From an uncultured Chloroflexia bacterium (lineage in GTDB: Bacteria > Chloroflexota > Limnocylindria > Limnocylindrales > CSP1-4), in contig CAVRBO010000004.1 in the NCBI GenBank assembly GCA_963719285.1, positions 842,064 through 906,063 on the forward strand: 64,000 nt of DNA, in the 5' to 3' direction. Made by a program: the position numbers and the translations under genes. The notes below the pieces were generated by a model, which ran no database searches, was not told the DNA's origin, and saw only the letters and a program-made list of their open reading frames with translations. This document shows, piece after piece, positions 40,702-49,489 of the stretch. Each line of letters opens with the position of its first letter. Positions within the stretch are counted from its first letter, which is position 1.

Positions 40702-43299
40702 TCAGGGAACCTCCCGTGTCGAAGCGATGCGACCGCGGAGCGTCGTCCCGCTCTCCGCGATCCGTGCCGCCATCCGCGCCCGCAGGGCCGGGTCCGCGAT
40801 CGTCGCGATGGTCTCGAGCCATCGTACGGTCCCGTCGATGACGGCGACGATCGCCTCGGCGTCGGTCCTGGCGAACAGCGGCCGATCGACGACCTCGACG
40901 TACACCGGCGAGGTGTGGGCGGCCATGCTCGTCAGGTACGCGGACCGGATCTCGTGGTCGCTCCGCGCACGGGCGGCGATCCAGGCGCCGGACGTGACGT
41001 CCACGAGGGCGGACAGCGACAGCTCGGTCGTGCCGCCCGGCGCATCCTCGCGCGCCACGACCCGGCCATTCATGACGAGCTCCACGCAACCCACGATGGG
41101 CTGGGCTGCCCGGACCCGGATCCGGACCTCCAGGCGGCCACCGGAGGCGGGCAGGACGACGACGTCGCCGGGCTCGTGGCCGTCGACCAGCAGCTCGATG
41201 ACCGGCCCGGACGTGGCGAACGTGCGGCCGGCCCGGACCGCGGCCGCCCAGGACTCGAACGTGGCGGCGCCATCGGGATCGAGGCGCGCATACGTCCGGA
41301 CCCCGCCGAGCGGCATCTCGGCCGACATCTTGTCGGTCCCGCCCAGGACCGGGACGCGATAGCCGCAGTTCAGGAAGCGGTACCACTCGTTGACCGTGGG
41401 GTTGTCGAGGCCGGGCGCGAACGTCTGCATCTCGATCGCGTCGATCCGGCCGGCGACGATGTCGGCCGCGATCTCCGCGAAGGGCAGCGGGAAGTGGGCG
41501 CCGACGACGAGCCCACCCTCGGCATGGCAGCGATCGGCCCAGTCGGCCAGCAGCTCGGCGATCGGGGCGCCGATCGGGCCCTCCGGCGCGCCGCCCGACG
41601 CCAGGGGCAGGATCGGCCGGCGCGCCCCCAGCAGCCCCAGGTGGCCCAGCACGTTCTGGCGGTTCTCGGTCCCGACCATCACGACGTGGCGACCGCTCGG
41701 GTCCTGTTGCGAGCCGAAGGCGAGGTCCGCGACGCTGGCGAACTCGTCGCCGAGCTGGGTGGCGAGCAGGTGCACGAACGTGATGTCCTCGGCGGCCGCC
41801 TGGAGCAGGGCCGTTGAGGGCGGGATGAAGTGGACGTGCGGGTCGGCCGTGCGCCACCCCGCGGCGCGCAGGTCGATCGAGCGATCCAGCGCGAACGCCA
41901 GCTCGCGGGTGCCCGGTCCGACCGTCACGGTCGTGCGCACCGGCCGGTGGTCGAAGCCCTTCACGACCTCGACCTCGACGGCGCCCACCGGCAGGTCGAT
42001 CTCGAACCGACCGGGGACGTAGGCGTAGGTGTCGGCTCCGAGGACGAGGCCGGCGCCGGAGTCCTCGTAGATCCCCGTATTGACCTCGTCGCGATGGCCG
42101 AGCGGCGGCAGGTACCGCCCGTCCGCGGCGACGAACCGCACCCGTGCCGGGCTCGCCTCGCCGTCCGCGCCGACCCGCACCTCGACCCGGACGCCGGCAG
42201 CCGCCAGGGGTTCGATCCTGACCCGACCGTCCGGACTGGTCGCTCCGGTCGCCAGGTCCGCCGCGGCGACCGTCCAGTCACCGAGCGCGATCCGCGCGTC
42301 CGGCGCCAGCGCGAGATCGACGACACGGCGCGCTGCGACCTCGCCGTCGGCCGCGTCGGCGCTGGGTGTCGGCCGGCCCCAGCCGATCGGCCCCGGCCCG
42401 TCGTGCGGGCATCCGCGCGGCAGGGGCAGCGGCCTCGACCGGATCGCGATGCCCAGGTCGACCTCGGGGAGCTCCGCGCCGGCGCCCGTGACGAGGATCT
42501 GCCGGCGGGGCGCCAGAACGAGCGGGTCCGCCGTGCCGGCGAACAGGGTGACGGCCGCGATGACGATGTCCGTCCCGGGTCGTCCGCCGCCGAGCGGGAT
42601 GACCCGGAGCGTCGCGGGCTCGGCGACCCCGCCGAGGGGGATCGCGTGGAGCCAGTACGTCGCGTCGTCGTCGGGCGTCGGGACGAAGTCGGCCACGCCG
42701 GTCTGGTGCGCGCCCCACGAGCCGGGCAGGACCGTGAGCGCCCCGCCGTGTCCGGCCGGCGCGTACCGACCGGGGGCCTGGCGGCTGTACGGGCCGCGCC
42801 AGTCGAGCGCCTCATCAGAGCGATGGCCGATGGCCGCGAACGGCACGAACCCCCAGCCGATGATGCCGTCCGCGATCTCGAACCGGCGTCGCACGTCCAC
42901 GGTCCGGGTCTCGCCGCCGGCCAGGCTGAACTCGTAGCGCGCGAGAGGCTCGCCCGTGGGGAGGACCCAGCCCACCGGGTTCCCGGGGCTGCGTTCGCCG
43001 GTGGCGTCGCGCCAGCTGTCGGCGAAATGGGCGATCACGATGTGGCTCGCCGGACCGTGGTCCCGCAGGTCGATGGTCAGCTCATCGCCGGCGACGATCC
43101 AGCGGCGTCCTGCCGCCCGGAACCCCAGGTCGAACGGCAGGCCACGGAACACCGAGGGTCCCTCGGGCAGGCGGGCGAGGGCCTGCTCATAGAGCGGATG
43201 GAAGCGCGCGCCGACCTCCGCGTCAGACGCGTTCCAGGCCGTCGAGAGGTCGACGGAGCGGGCCAGGGGAGTGGCTCGACGCGTGCGCCCGGTCGTCAT
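40702..43299 (-). CDS. Large uncharacterised protein (865 aa). The N-terminal region of about 480 aa is unknown; the C-terminal part is a divergent PHP-like module.
   Basis: The C-terminal motifs WRTADPHVHF, VMVGTENRQNVLGHLGLLG, GGLVVGAHFP and GGTDKMS align with the PHP protein at 36850-38256. This protein is a paralog of the one at 55467-58061. Confidence 0.8.
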   Translation of the reverse strand: MTTGRTRRATPLARSVDLSTAWNASDAEVGARFHPLYEQALARLPEGPSVFRGLPFDLGFRAAGRRWIVAGDELTIDLRDHGPASHIVIAHFADSWRDATGERSPGNPVGWVLPTGEPLARYEFSLAGGETRTVDVRRRFEIADGIIGWGFVPFAAIGHRSDEALDWRGPYSRQAPGRYAPAGHGGALTVLPGSWGAHQTGVADFVPTPDDDATYWLHAIPLGGVAEPATLRVIPLGGGRPGTDIVIAAVTLFAGTADPLVLAPRRQILVTGAGAELPEVDLGIAIRSRPLPLPRGCPHDGPGPIGWGRPTPSADAADGEVAARRVVDLALAPDARIALGDWTVAAADLATGATSPDGRVRIEPLAAAGVRVEVRVGADGEASPARVRFVAADGRYLPPLGHRDEVNTGIYEDSGAGLVLGADTYAYVPGRFEIDLPVGAVEVEVVKGFDHRPVRTTVTVGPGTRELAFALDRSIDLRAAGWRTADPHVHFIPPSTALLQAAAEDITFVHLLATQLGDEFASVADLAFGSQQDPSGRHVVMVGTENRQNVLGHLGLLGARRPILPLASGGAPEGPIGAPIAELLADWADRCHAEGGLVVGAHFPLPFAEIAADIVAGRIDAIEMQTFAPGLDNPTVNEWYRFLNCGYRVPVLGGTDKMSAEMPLGGVRTYARLDPDGAATFESWAAAVRAGRTFATSGPVIELLVDGHEPGDVVVLPASGGRLEVRIRVRAAQPIVGCVELVMNGRVVAREDAPGGTTELSLSALVDVTSGAWIAARARSDHEIRSAYLTSMAAHTSPVYVEVVDRPLFARTDAEAIVAVIDGTVRWLETIATIADPALRARMAARIAESGTTLRGRIASTREVP

Positions 43300-43321
43300 G
43301 CCTGCGGACCCCTCCCGACGA

Positions 43322-43372
43322 TATTGACGTGGGGCGAGGCGCGATGATACCTTCCCTGCAATCGGTTGCGCA
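43322..43372. promoter_or_regulatory. Putative promoter plus LacI-family operator (copy 1)
   Basis: TATTGACG is at 43322-43329. The near-palindrome TGCAATCGGTTGCGCA at 43357-43372 matches the LacI-family consensus TGNAANCGNTTNCA in 13 of 14 positions. It sits immediately upstream of the AAGGAG site and ATG of iolD, and is divergent from the large paralog at 43299. Confidence 0.5.
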
Positions 43373-43382
43373 AGGAGAAAAG

Positions 43383-45269
43383 ATGGAGACCGTCCGGCTG
43401 ACCGTGGGCCAGGCCATCGTGCGTTTCCTTGCCCAGCAGTATGTCGAGCGGGACGGACGCGAGGGCCGCTTCATCGAGGGCGTCTGGGGCATCTTCGGGC
43501 ACGGCAACGTGGCCGGCCTGGGCCAGGCCCTCGAGGAGCTCGGCGACGCCGAGGCGATGCCGTACTACCGACCCCAGAACGAGCAGGCCCAGGTCCACCT
43601 GGCCGCGGCGTTCGCCCGCCACCACAACCGCCTCCGGGCCTATGCCTGCACGTCGTCGGTGGGACCTGGCGCGATGAACATGGTCACCGGTGCCGCCGGG
43701 GCGACCGTCAACCGCATCCCTGTCCTGCTCCTCCCGAGCGACTACTTCGCCAACCGGGCCCCGGATCCGGTCCTCCAGCAGATCGAGCACCCGACCGAGC
43801 GCGATGCGAGCGCCAACGACGCCTTCCGGCCGGTCTCGCGCTTCTTCGACCGGATCTCGCGGCCGGAGCAGCTCCTCGGCTCCCTGCCGGAGGCGTTCCG
43901 TGTCCTCACCGATCCGGCAGAGACGGGAGCGGTGACGATCTCGCTGCCCGAGGACGTCCAGTCCGAGGCGTTCGACTGGCCGACCCGGTTCTTCGGGAAG
44001 CGCGTCTGGCGGGTCCGGCGCCCGCAGCCGGACGCGGCCGACCTGGCCGCCGCGGCGCGGGTCATCGGCGCGTCCAAGGCCCCGGTCATCGTCGTGGGCG
44101 GCGGCACGATCTACTCCGAGGCGACCGACGAGCTCGCCGCGTTCGCGACCCGCTTCGGCATCCCGGTCGTCGAGACCCAGGCCGGCAAGGGCGCCCTGCC
44201 CTGGAACCATCCGATGAACGCCGGGCCGGCCGGCACGAACGGCGGCCTGGCGGCCAACCGGCTGGCCCGCGACGCGGACGTCGTCATCGGCATCGGGACC
44301 CGGATGGGCGACTTCGTCACCGCCTCGCGCACGACCTTCCAGCATCCCGGCGCGACGTTCGTCGGCATCAACATCGGGTCGATGGACGCCCACAAGTGGC
44401 GGGCGATCCCGGTGGTCGCAGACGCTCGCGAAGCGATCCGGGCGCTCGAGGCGCGGCTCACCGCGGACGGCTACGCCGGCACGGCGGCTCCCTATCGCCG
44501 GCGGATCGCGGACCTCAAGCACGAGTGGGACGGCATCGTCGACGGCCTGCGGGCGATCAACGGCGAGCCGGGCGATCTCGGCCAGGCCGAGGTGATCGGC
44601 CTCGTCAACGACGCGGTGGGCGGCCACGCGACCGTCATCTGCGCCGCCGGCAGCCTGCCCGGCGACCTGCTCCGCCTGTGGCGGCCCGAGGACCCCAAGG
44701 CCTACCACGTGGAGTACGGCTTCTCGTGCATGGGTTACGAGATCGTGGCCGGGCTCGGCGTACGCCTGGCCGACCCCGAGCGCGACGTGGTCGTCATGGT
44801 CGGCGACGGGTCGTATCTCATGCTCAACTCGGAGATCGTGACGGCGGTGGCCGAGGGCCTCAAGTTCACGATCGTCGTCCTCGACAACCATGGCTTCCAG
44901 TGCATCCTCGCGCTGCAGCGCCTGGTAGGCGTGCCCGACTTCGGCAACGAGCTCCGCTTCCGCGACCCGGAGCGCAACCGGCTGACCGGGCCGTACGTGC
45001 CGGTGGACTTCAAGGCCCACGCCGAGGCGATGGGCGCCCTCGCGATCCACGCCTGCACGCCCGATGAGCTGCGCGCCGCGCTCGCCCAGGCGAAGGTCGC
45101 CGACCGGGTCACGGTCATCGTCGTCCCGACCGAGCCCGAGAAGCGGATGCCCGGCTTCGAGTCGTGGTGGGACGTGCCGGTCGCGGGCGCGAGCGGACAG
45201 GCCGGCGTGCGGACCGCCCGGAAGGACTACGACAAGAAGCGCGCCGCCCAGCGCATCGACATCCAGTGA
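43383..45269 (+). CDS. iolD: 3D-(3,5/4)-trihydroxycyclohexane-1,2-dione acylhydrolase (thiamine-diphosphate enzyme, IolD-like)
   Basis: METVRLTVGQAIVRFLAQQYVERDG... is a typical IolD N-terminus, with a TPP-binding GDGSYLMLNSE motif. The start is at 43383 (AAGGAG site); the ATG at 43329 from the ORF track was not used. Confidence 0.85.
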   Translation: METVRLTVGQAIVRFLAQQYVERDGREGRFIEGVWGIFGHGNVAGLGQALEELGDAEAMPYYRPQNEQAQVHLAAAFARHHNRLRAYACTSSVGPGAMNMVTGAAGATVNRIPVLLLPSDYFANRAPDPVLQQIEHPTERDASANDAFRPVSRFFDRISRPEQLLGSLPEAFRVLTDPAETGAVTISLPEDVQSEAFDWPTRFFGKRVWRVRRPQPDAADLAAAARVIGASKAPVIVVGGGTIYSEATDELAAFATRFGIPVVETQAGKGALPWNHPMNAGPAGTNGGLAANRLARDADVVIGIGTRMGDFVTASRTTFQHPGATFVGINIGSMDAHKWRAIPVVADAREAIRALEARLTADGYAGTAAPYRRRIADLKHEWDGIVDGLRAINGEPGDLGQAEVIGLVNDAVGGHATVICAAGSLPGDLLRLWRPEDPKAYHVEYGFSCMGYEIVAGLGVRLADPERDVVVMVGDGSYLMLNSEIVTAVAEGLKFTIVVLDNHGFQCILALQRLVGVPDFGNELRFRDPERNRLTGPYVPVDFKAHAEAMGALAIHACTPDELRAALAQAKVADRVTVIVVPTEPEKRMPGFESWWDVPVAGASGQAGVRTARKDYDKKRAAQRIDIQ

Positions 45270-45328
45270 CCCACCCACACGCCCCGAGCCTGCCCGGGCC
45301 GGGCGCGTCCGCTTAGCGAGGAGACAGC

Positions 45329-46567
45329 ATGCCCGGACCCGGGATCGAGCTCGTCGGCGCCGAAGAGACGGCCGAGGTGATGGAGGTGCTCCAGAGCGGC
45401 TACCTGAGCCGCTACGGCCCATCCGACGACCCCCGGTTCAAGGCCAAGGTCCACCACGTCGAAGAGGCGATCGCGAAGCTGACCGGGGTCAACCACGCCC
45501 TCGCCCTCCATGGCGGTGGATCGGCGGCGTTGTGGATCACCCTGCTCAGCCTGGGCATCGGAGCGGGCGACGAGGTCATCGTGCCCGGGTTCACCTACGT
45601 CGCCTCCATCTCGGCGATCGTGTACACCGGCGCGACGCCGGTCCTGGCGGAGATCGACCAGACGTTCGACCTGGACCCGGCCGACGTCGAGGCGAAGATC
45701 ACGCCCCGCACGGCGGCGATCCTCGTCGTCCACATGTTGGGTGGGGTGGCCCGGATCGAGGAGCTCAAGGCGATCGCCGACAAGCACGGGATCGCCCTCA
45801 TCGAGGATTGCGCCCAGGCATTCGGAGCGTCGTACAAGGGCCGCAGCGTCGGCTCATTCGGCATCGCCGGCACGTACAGCTTCAACGAGTACAAGACGAT
45901 CACCTGCGGCGACGGGGGGATGATCGTGACCGACGACGCCGGCCTGTACGAGCGCGCCTTCGCCATGCACGACCAGGGCCATGCCCCGGACCGGCTCGAG
46001 TCGAAGTACGCGCCGCGGCCCTTCCTTGGCATGAACTTCCGGATGACCGAGTTGTCCGGTGCCGTTCTCGGCGCGCAGGTCAGGAAGCTCGACACCATCG
46101 TGTCGCACCTGCGGGCCAACAAGGCGATCGTCAAGGACATGCTCGAAGAGGTCCCGATGATCGACTTCCGGACCTTGACCGACCCCGCGGGCGACCTCGC
46201 CACCCACCTCGTCGTCGTGCTTCCGACCGCGGAGATGGCCGACAAGGTGGTGGCGGAGGTCGGCTCGAGGACCCTCGGCGAGTCGGGCTGGCACACCTAC
46301 AGCCGGATGAACCACCTGCTCGACAAGCGGACGATCAACGGCAAGGGCTGCCCGTTCGATTGTGGCGACCCCAGCCACGCCCACGGCGAGTACCGCGCCG
46401 GCATGCTCCCCCAGACCGACGCGCTTCTCGATCGCTCGCTGAGCATCGGCATCGGGGTCAAGGATGCGAACCTGGCGCCGTTCGGCCTCCGGATGCGCGA
46501 CGGGGCGGCCGAGGCCCGGCAGGTCGGGGCCACGTTCCGGGACGCCGTGATCAAGCACCGGGCGTGA
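45329..46567 (+). CDS. DegT/DnrJ/EryC1/StrS-family PLP aminotransferase (scyllo-inosose / sugar aminotransferase-like)
   Basis: ...EVMEVLQSGYLSRYG...ALALHGGGSAALWITL...HMLGGVARIEELKAIADKHGIALIEDCAQAFGASYKGRSVGSFGIAGTYSFNEYKTITCGDGGM is a DegT-family fold. A GAGGAG ribosome-binding site is present. Confidence 0.85.
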   Translation: MPGPGIELVGAEETAEVMEVLQSGYLSRYGPSDDPRFKAKVHHVEEAIAKLTGVNHALALHGGGSAALWITLLSLGIGAGDEVIVPGFTYVASISAIVYTGATPVLAEIDQTFDLDPADVEAKITPRTAAILVVHMLGGVARIEELKAIADKHGIALIEDCAQAFGASYKGRSVGSFGIAGTYSFNEYKTITCGDGGMIVTDDAGLYERAFAMHDQGHAPDRLESKYAPRPFLGMNFRMTELSGAVLGAQVRKLDTIVSHLRANKAIVKDMLEEVPMIDFRTLTDPAGDLATHLVVVLPTAEMADKVVAEVGSRTLGESGWHTYSRMNHLLDKRTINGKGCPFDCGDPSHAHGEYRAGMLPQTDALLDRSLSIGIGVKDANLAPFGLRMRDGAAEARQVGATFRDAVIKHRA

Positions 46568-46583
46568 TCGCGAGGGGTCGTCG

Positions 46584-47582
46584 GTGATCGAGGCGGTCGT
46601 CGTCGGTCGGGTCGGCGTCGATCTCACCCCAGCGACGCCCCGAACGACGCTGGCCGCCGCGGACGGCTTCGTCCGGGCCGTCGGCGGGTTCGCCGGCAAC
46701 ATCGCCACGGGCCTCGCCCGGCTCGGGGTGTCCAGCGCGGTCGTCTCGGCCGTCGGCGACGACGGGCACGGCGACCACGTGCGTGCCTTCCTCGCGGGGG
46801 AGGGGATCGATGTCGGGGCGCTCGTCACCCGGGCGGGGTCGCGGACCCAGGTGGCGTTCTTCGAGGTCTGGCCGCCGGAACGCTTCCCGGTGACGTTCTA
46901 CCGGCCCGCCCCGGCACCCGAGACGCGACTGACGGTCGCCGACCTGCCCGTGGCGCTCCTGGACGAGGCGCCGCTGGTGATCGTCTCCGGCACGCTCCTG
47001 GCCACCGAACCGGCCCGCTCCGCGACGATGAGCCTCCTCGAGGTGCGACTGGCGTCGCGCTCCCGGCGGCCACCGTCCACCACGATCCTGGACCTGGACT
47101 GGCGCCCCACCCTGTGGGCTGACCCGGCCCAGGCGCCCGCGCTCATGGCCAGAGCGGCGGGACTGTCCGACATCCTCATCGGGAGCGACGCGGAGTTCGC
47201 GGCGACGGGCCTGGATCCGGCGATCGGCCGCGATGCGCATCCCGCGCTCATCGTGCTCAAGCACGGCGCGGATGGCGTCTCGCTCGTGACGCCGGGTGGT
47301 CGTCGGACCCTGGCCGGCCTCCCGATCGACGTCCTGTGCGGGATCGGGGCCGGCGACGCACTCAGCGCGGCCTTCGCCGCGGGCCTGCTCCGCGGCCTGG
47401 ACCCGGCGACGGCGCTGGAACGTGGCAATGCCGCCGGGGCGATCGTCGCCTCGCGCCTGATGTGCAGCACGGCCATGCCGACACCGGCCGACATCGACGC
47501 GCTGCTGGCCGCCCGGTCGAGCGTGCCTCGCCCGCGCGGCCCCGACAACCGACAGAGCCGTCCGCAGGAGGCCCGTCCATGA
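46584..47582 (+). CDS. iolC: PfkB-family carbohydrate kinase (5-dehydro-2-deoxygluconokinase-like)
   Basis: GRVGVDLTP...FVRAVGGFAGNIATGLARLG...GAGDALSAAFAAGLL is ribokinase/PfkB-like. Its position between the aminotransferase and iolB supports the call. Confidence 0.7.
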   Translation: MIEAVVVGRVGVDLTPATPRTTLAAADGFVRAVGGFAGNIATGLARLGVSSAVVSAVGDDGHGDHVRAFLAGEGIDVGALVTRAGSRTQVAFFEVWPPERFPVTFYRPAPAPETRLTVADLPVALLDEAPLVIVSGTLLATEPARSATMSLLEVRLASRSRRPPSTTILDLDWRPTLWADPAQAPALMARAAGLSDILIGSDAEFAATGLDPAIGRDAHPALIVLKHGADGVSLVTPGGRRTLAGLPIDVLCGIGAGDALSAAFAAGLLRGLDPATALERGNAAGAIVASRLMCSTAMPTPADIDALLAARSSVPRPRGPDNRQSRPQEARP

Positions 47583-48505
47583 CGAACGCAGGCGCCCCCC
47601 GGGAGCCGGTCATCCACCCGGCGAAGCTCCCGATGACCCGCGATGTCGCCTCCCTGCACATCCATCCCGATGGCACGGGCGCCGTCGCGACCGACCCCGC
47701 CCGGTCGGGCTGGCGGTATCTCTCGTTCCGCGCGTTCGGGCTCGCCGACGGCGAGGTCGTGGAGCTCGACCGGCCCGAGCAGGAGGCCGCGATCGTCACG
47801 ATCTCGGGCGGCGGCGTGGAGGTCGCGCCCGAGCGCGGCCCGGCGCTGGCGCTGCCCGGCCGGACCACGGTCTTCGCGGGGATGCCCTGGAGCGCGTATA
47901 TCCCGGCCGGGACCCGGACCCGGATCGTCGGCCGGCCGCTCCCCGGGCAGCGGGCCGTCGTGGCGGTCGCCCAGGCCCCGGGAACGGGTCGGGGCGGAGT
48001 GGCCCCCGAGCCGATCCTCGTGCGACCGGACGAGGTGGAGATCGAGATCCGGGGCGCCGGCAACGCCACCCGCCAGATCAACAACATCATGATGCCGGGC
48101 TTCCCCGCCGACCGGCTGCTCATCTGCGAGGTCTTCACCCCGAACGGCAACTGGTCGGGCTGGCCGCCCCACAAGCACGACGTGGACGACCCGCCACGCG
48201 AAGCGGTCCTCGAAGAGACGTACTACTACCAGATCAGCCGGCCCGAGGGCTGGGCGATCCAGCGCGTCTACCACCGCGATGGATCGCGGGACCTGGTCCT
48301 GCCGGTCCGCCATGGCGACCTGCTGAGCGTCGACCAGGGTTACCACCCGTTCGCCTCGACCCAGGGCTACGACGCCTACTACCTGAACGCACTGGCCGGC
48401 GACCGGCGGACGATGGCCAACACGGACGATCCGGACCTCGCCTGGGTCCGCACGCTGTGGCCGTCGATGGTGCCGGATCCCCGCCTGCCGCTCGTGCACA
48501 CGTGA
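47579..48505 (+). CDS. iolB: 5-deoxy-glucuronate isomerase
   Basis: ...SGWRYLSFRAFGLADGE...TPNGNWSGWPPHKHDVDDPPREAVLEETYYYQ... is the IolB family. It overlaps the upstream stop (ATGA). Confidence 0.8.
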   Translation: MTNAGAPREPVIHPAKLPMTRDVASLHIHPDGTGAVATDPARSGWRYLSFRAFGLADGEVVELDRPEQEAAIVTISGGGVEVAPERGPALALPGRTTVFAGMPWSAYIPAGTRTRIVGRPLPGQRAVVAVAQAPGTGRGGVAPEPILVRPDEVEIEIRGAGNATRQINNIMMPGFPADRLLICEVFTPNGNWSGWPPHKHDVDDPPREAVLEETYYYQISRPEGWAIQRVYHRDGSRDLVLPVRHGDLLSVDQGYHPFASTQGYDAYYLNALAGDRRTMANTDDPDLAWVRTLWPSMVPDPRLPLVHT

Positions 48506-49434
48506 CGGTCGAGGAGCGCCGCCTGCGGTTGCTCCGACTGGCCGGCGATCGGGGCATCGTGGCCGGCATCGCGCTCGATCATCGCGACAGCCTCCGATCC
48601 ATCCTCGAGCGGCGGGGCCTGGTCGGCCTCACGGACGCCGCGATGCGCTCCCTCAAGGTCCGGCTGGCCCGGGCGCTCGCCCCGGCGGCCACGGCGATCA
48701 TGCTGGACGAGGAATTCGGCGGCGAAGCGCTCGATGCGGGCGTGGTGCCGGCGTCAGTCGGCCTGATCATGCCCCTCGAGGCGCAGGGCTACGAGATGGT
48801 CGAGGACGGTCGGACGACCACCCTGCTCGCCGACTTCTCGCCCGACCATGCCCGCCGGCGCGGCGCCGACGCCTGCAAGCTGCTCCTGCCGTACCGGGTC
48901 GACCACGAGCCCTCGGCGATCCGCCAGGACGCCCTCGTGGAGGCGGCGGCGCGGACGTGCCACGAGGCCGGGCTGCCGCTGGTCGTGGAGCCCGTCGTGT
49001 ACCGCTGGTCCACCGAGCCGGCCGCCACCTACGCCGGTGCGTACGGACGCCTCGCGATCGAGGCCGTCGCGCGCATCCGGGCACTCGGACCGGACCTGCT
49101 CAAGCTGCCGTTCCCCGTACTCGGCCTGGCCACCGACGGCGAGGCGGCGGCGCTCGAAGCCTGCCGGGCGCTGGACACGGCGTGCGCGGGCACGCCCTGG
49201 GTCCTCCTCGGCGCGGGCGCAGATACCGCCACCTTCATCGACCAGATCCGCATCGCCGGTACGGCCGGGGCGTCCGGGTTCCTCGCCGGTCGCGGGATCT
49301 GGGCCGCCGCCCTGGGGCGGGATCCGGACGAGGTGGAGCGGGTGGCGCTGGCCGTCTGCCGCCCGGACTTCGAGCGCTGCCGGGCGATGGCCGAACGGGT
49401 CGCCCGTCCCATCGAGGCACCGGCGAGCGGCTGA
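48502..49434 (+). CDS. Class I aldolase (tagatose-1,6-bisphosphate aldolase / LacD-DeoC-like); candidate 6-phospho-5-dehydro-2-deoxy-D-gluconate aldolase
   Basis: IALDHRDSLRSI...DACKLLLPYRVDH...LPLVVEPVVY...DLLKLPFPV. A GTG start overlaps the iolB stop (GTGA). Confidence 0.65.
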   Translation: MTVEERRLRLLRLAGDRGIVAGIALDHRDSLRSILERRGLVGLTDAAMRSLKVRLARALAPAATAIMLDEEFGGEALDAGVVPASVGLIMPLEAQGYEMVEDGRTTTLLADFSPDHARRRGADACKLLLPYRVDHEPSAIRQDALVEAAARTCHEAGLPLVVEPVVYRWSTEPAATYAGAYGRLAIEAVARIRALGPDLLKLPFPVLGLATDGEAAALEACRALDTACAGTPWVLLGAGADTATFIDQIRIAGTAGASGFLAGRGIWAAALGRDPDEVERVALAVCRPDFERCRAMAERVARPIEAPASG

Positions 49435-49489
49435 CGCCGGCGTCACCGCCCCACCGCCGAACGTTCGTCCCGACCCCCAGGAGTCAACG

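Noticed and set aside
41830-43347. 505 aa ORF antisense to large paralog A; similarly 55680..58100 antisense to paralog B
   Set aside because: The sense-strand proteins are conserved paralogs of each other. The antisense frames are Arg/Asp/Gly-rich artifacts.
43329-43382. Upstream ATG (43329) as the iolD start, as given in the ORF track
   Set aside because: An AAGGAG ribosome-binding site and the canonical IolD N-terminus (METVRLTVGQAIVRFL) begin at 43383. The extra 18 codons would lie inside the promoter/operator module.
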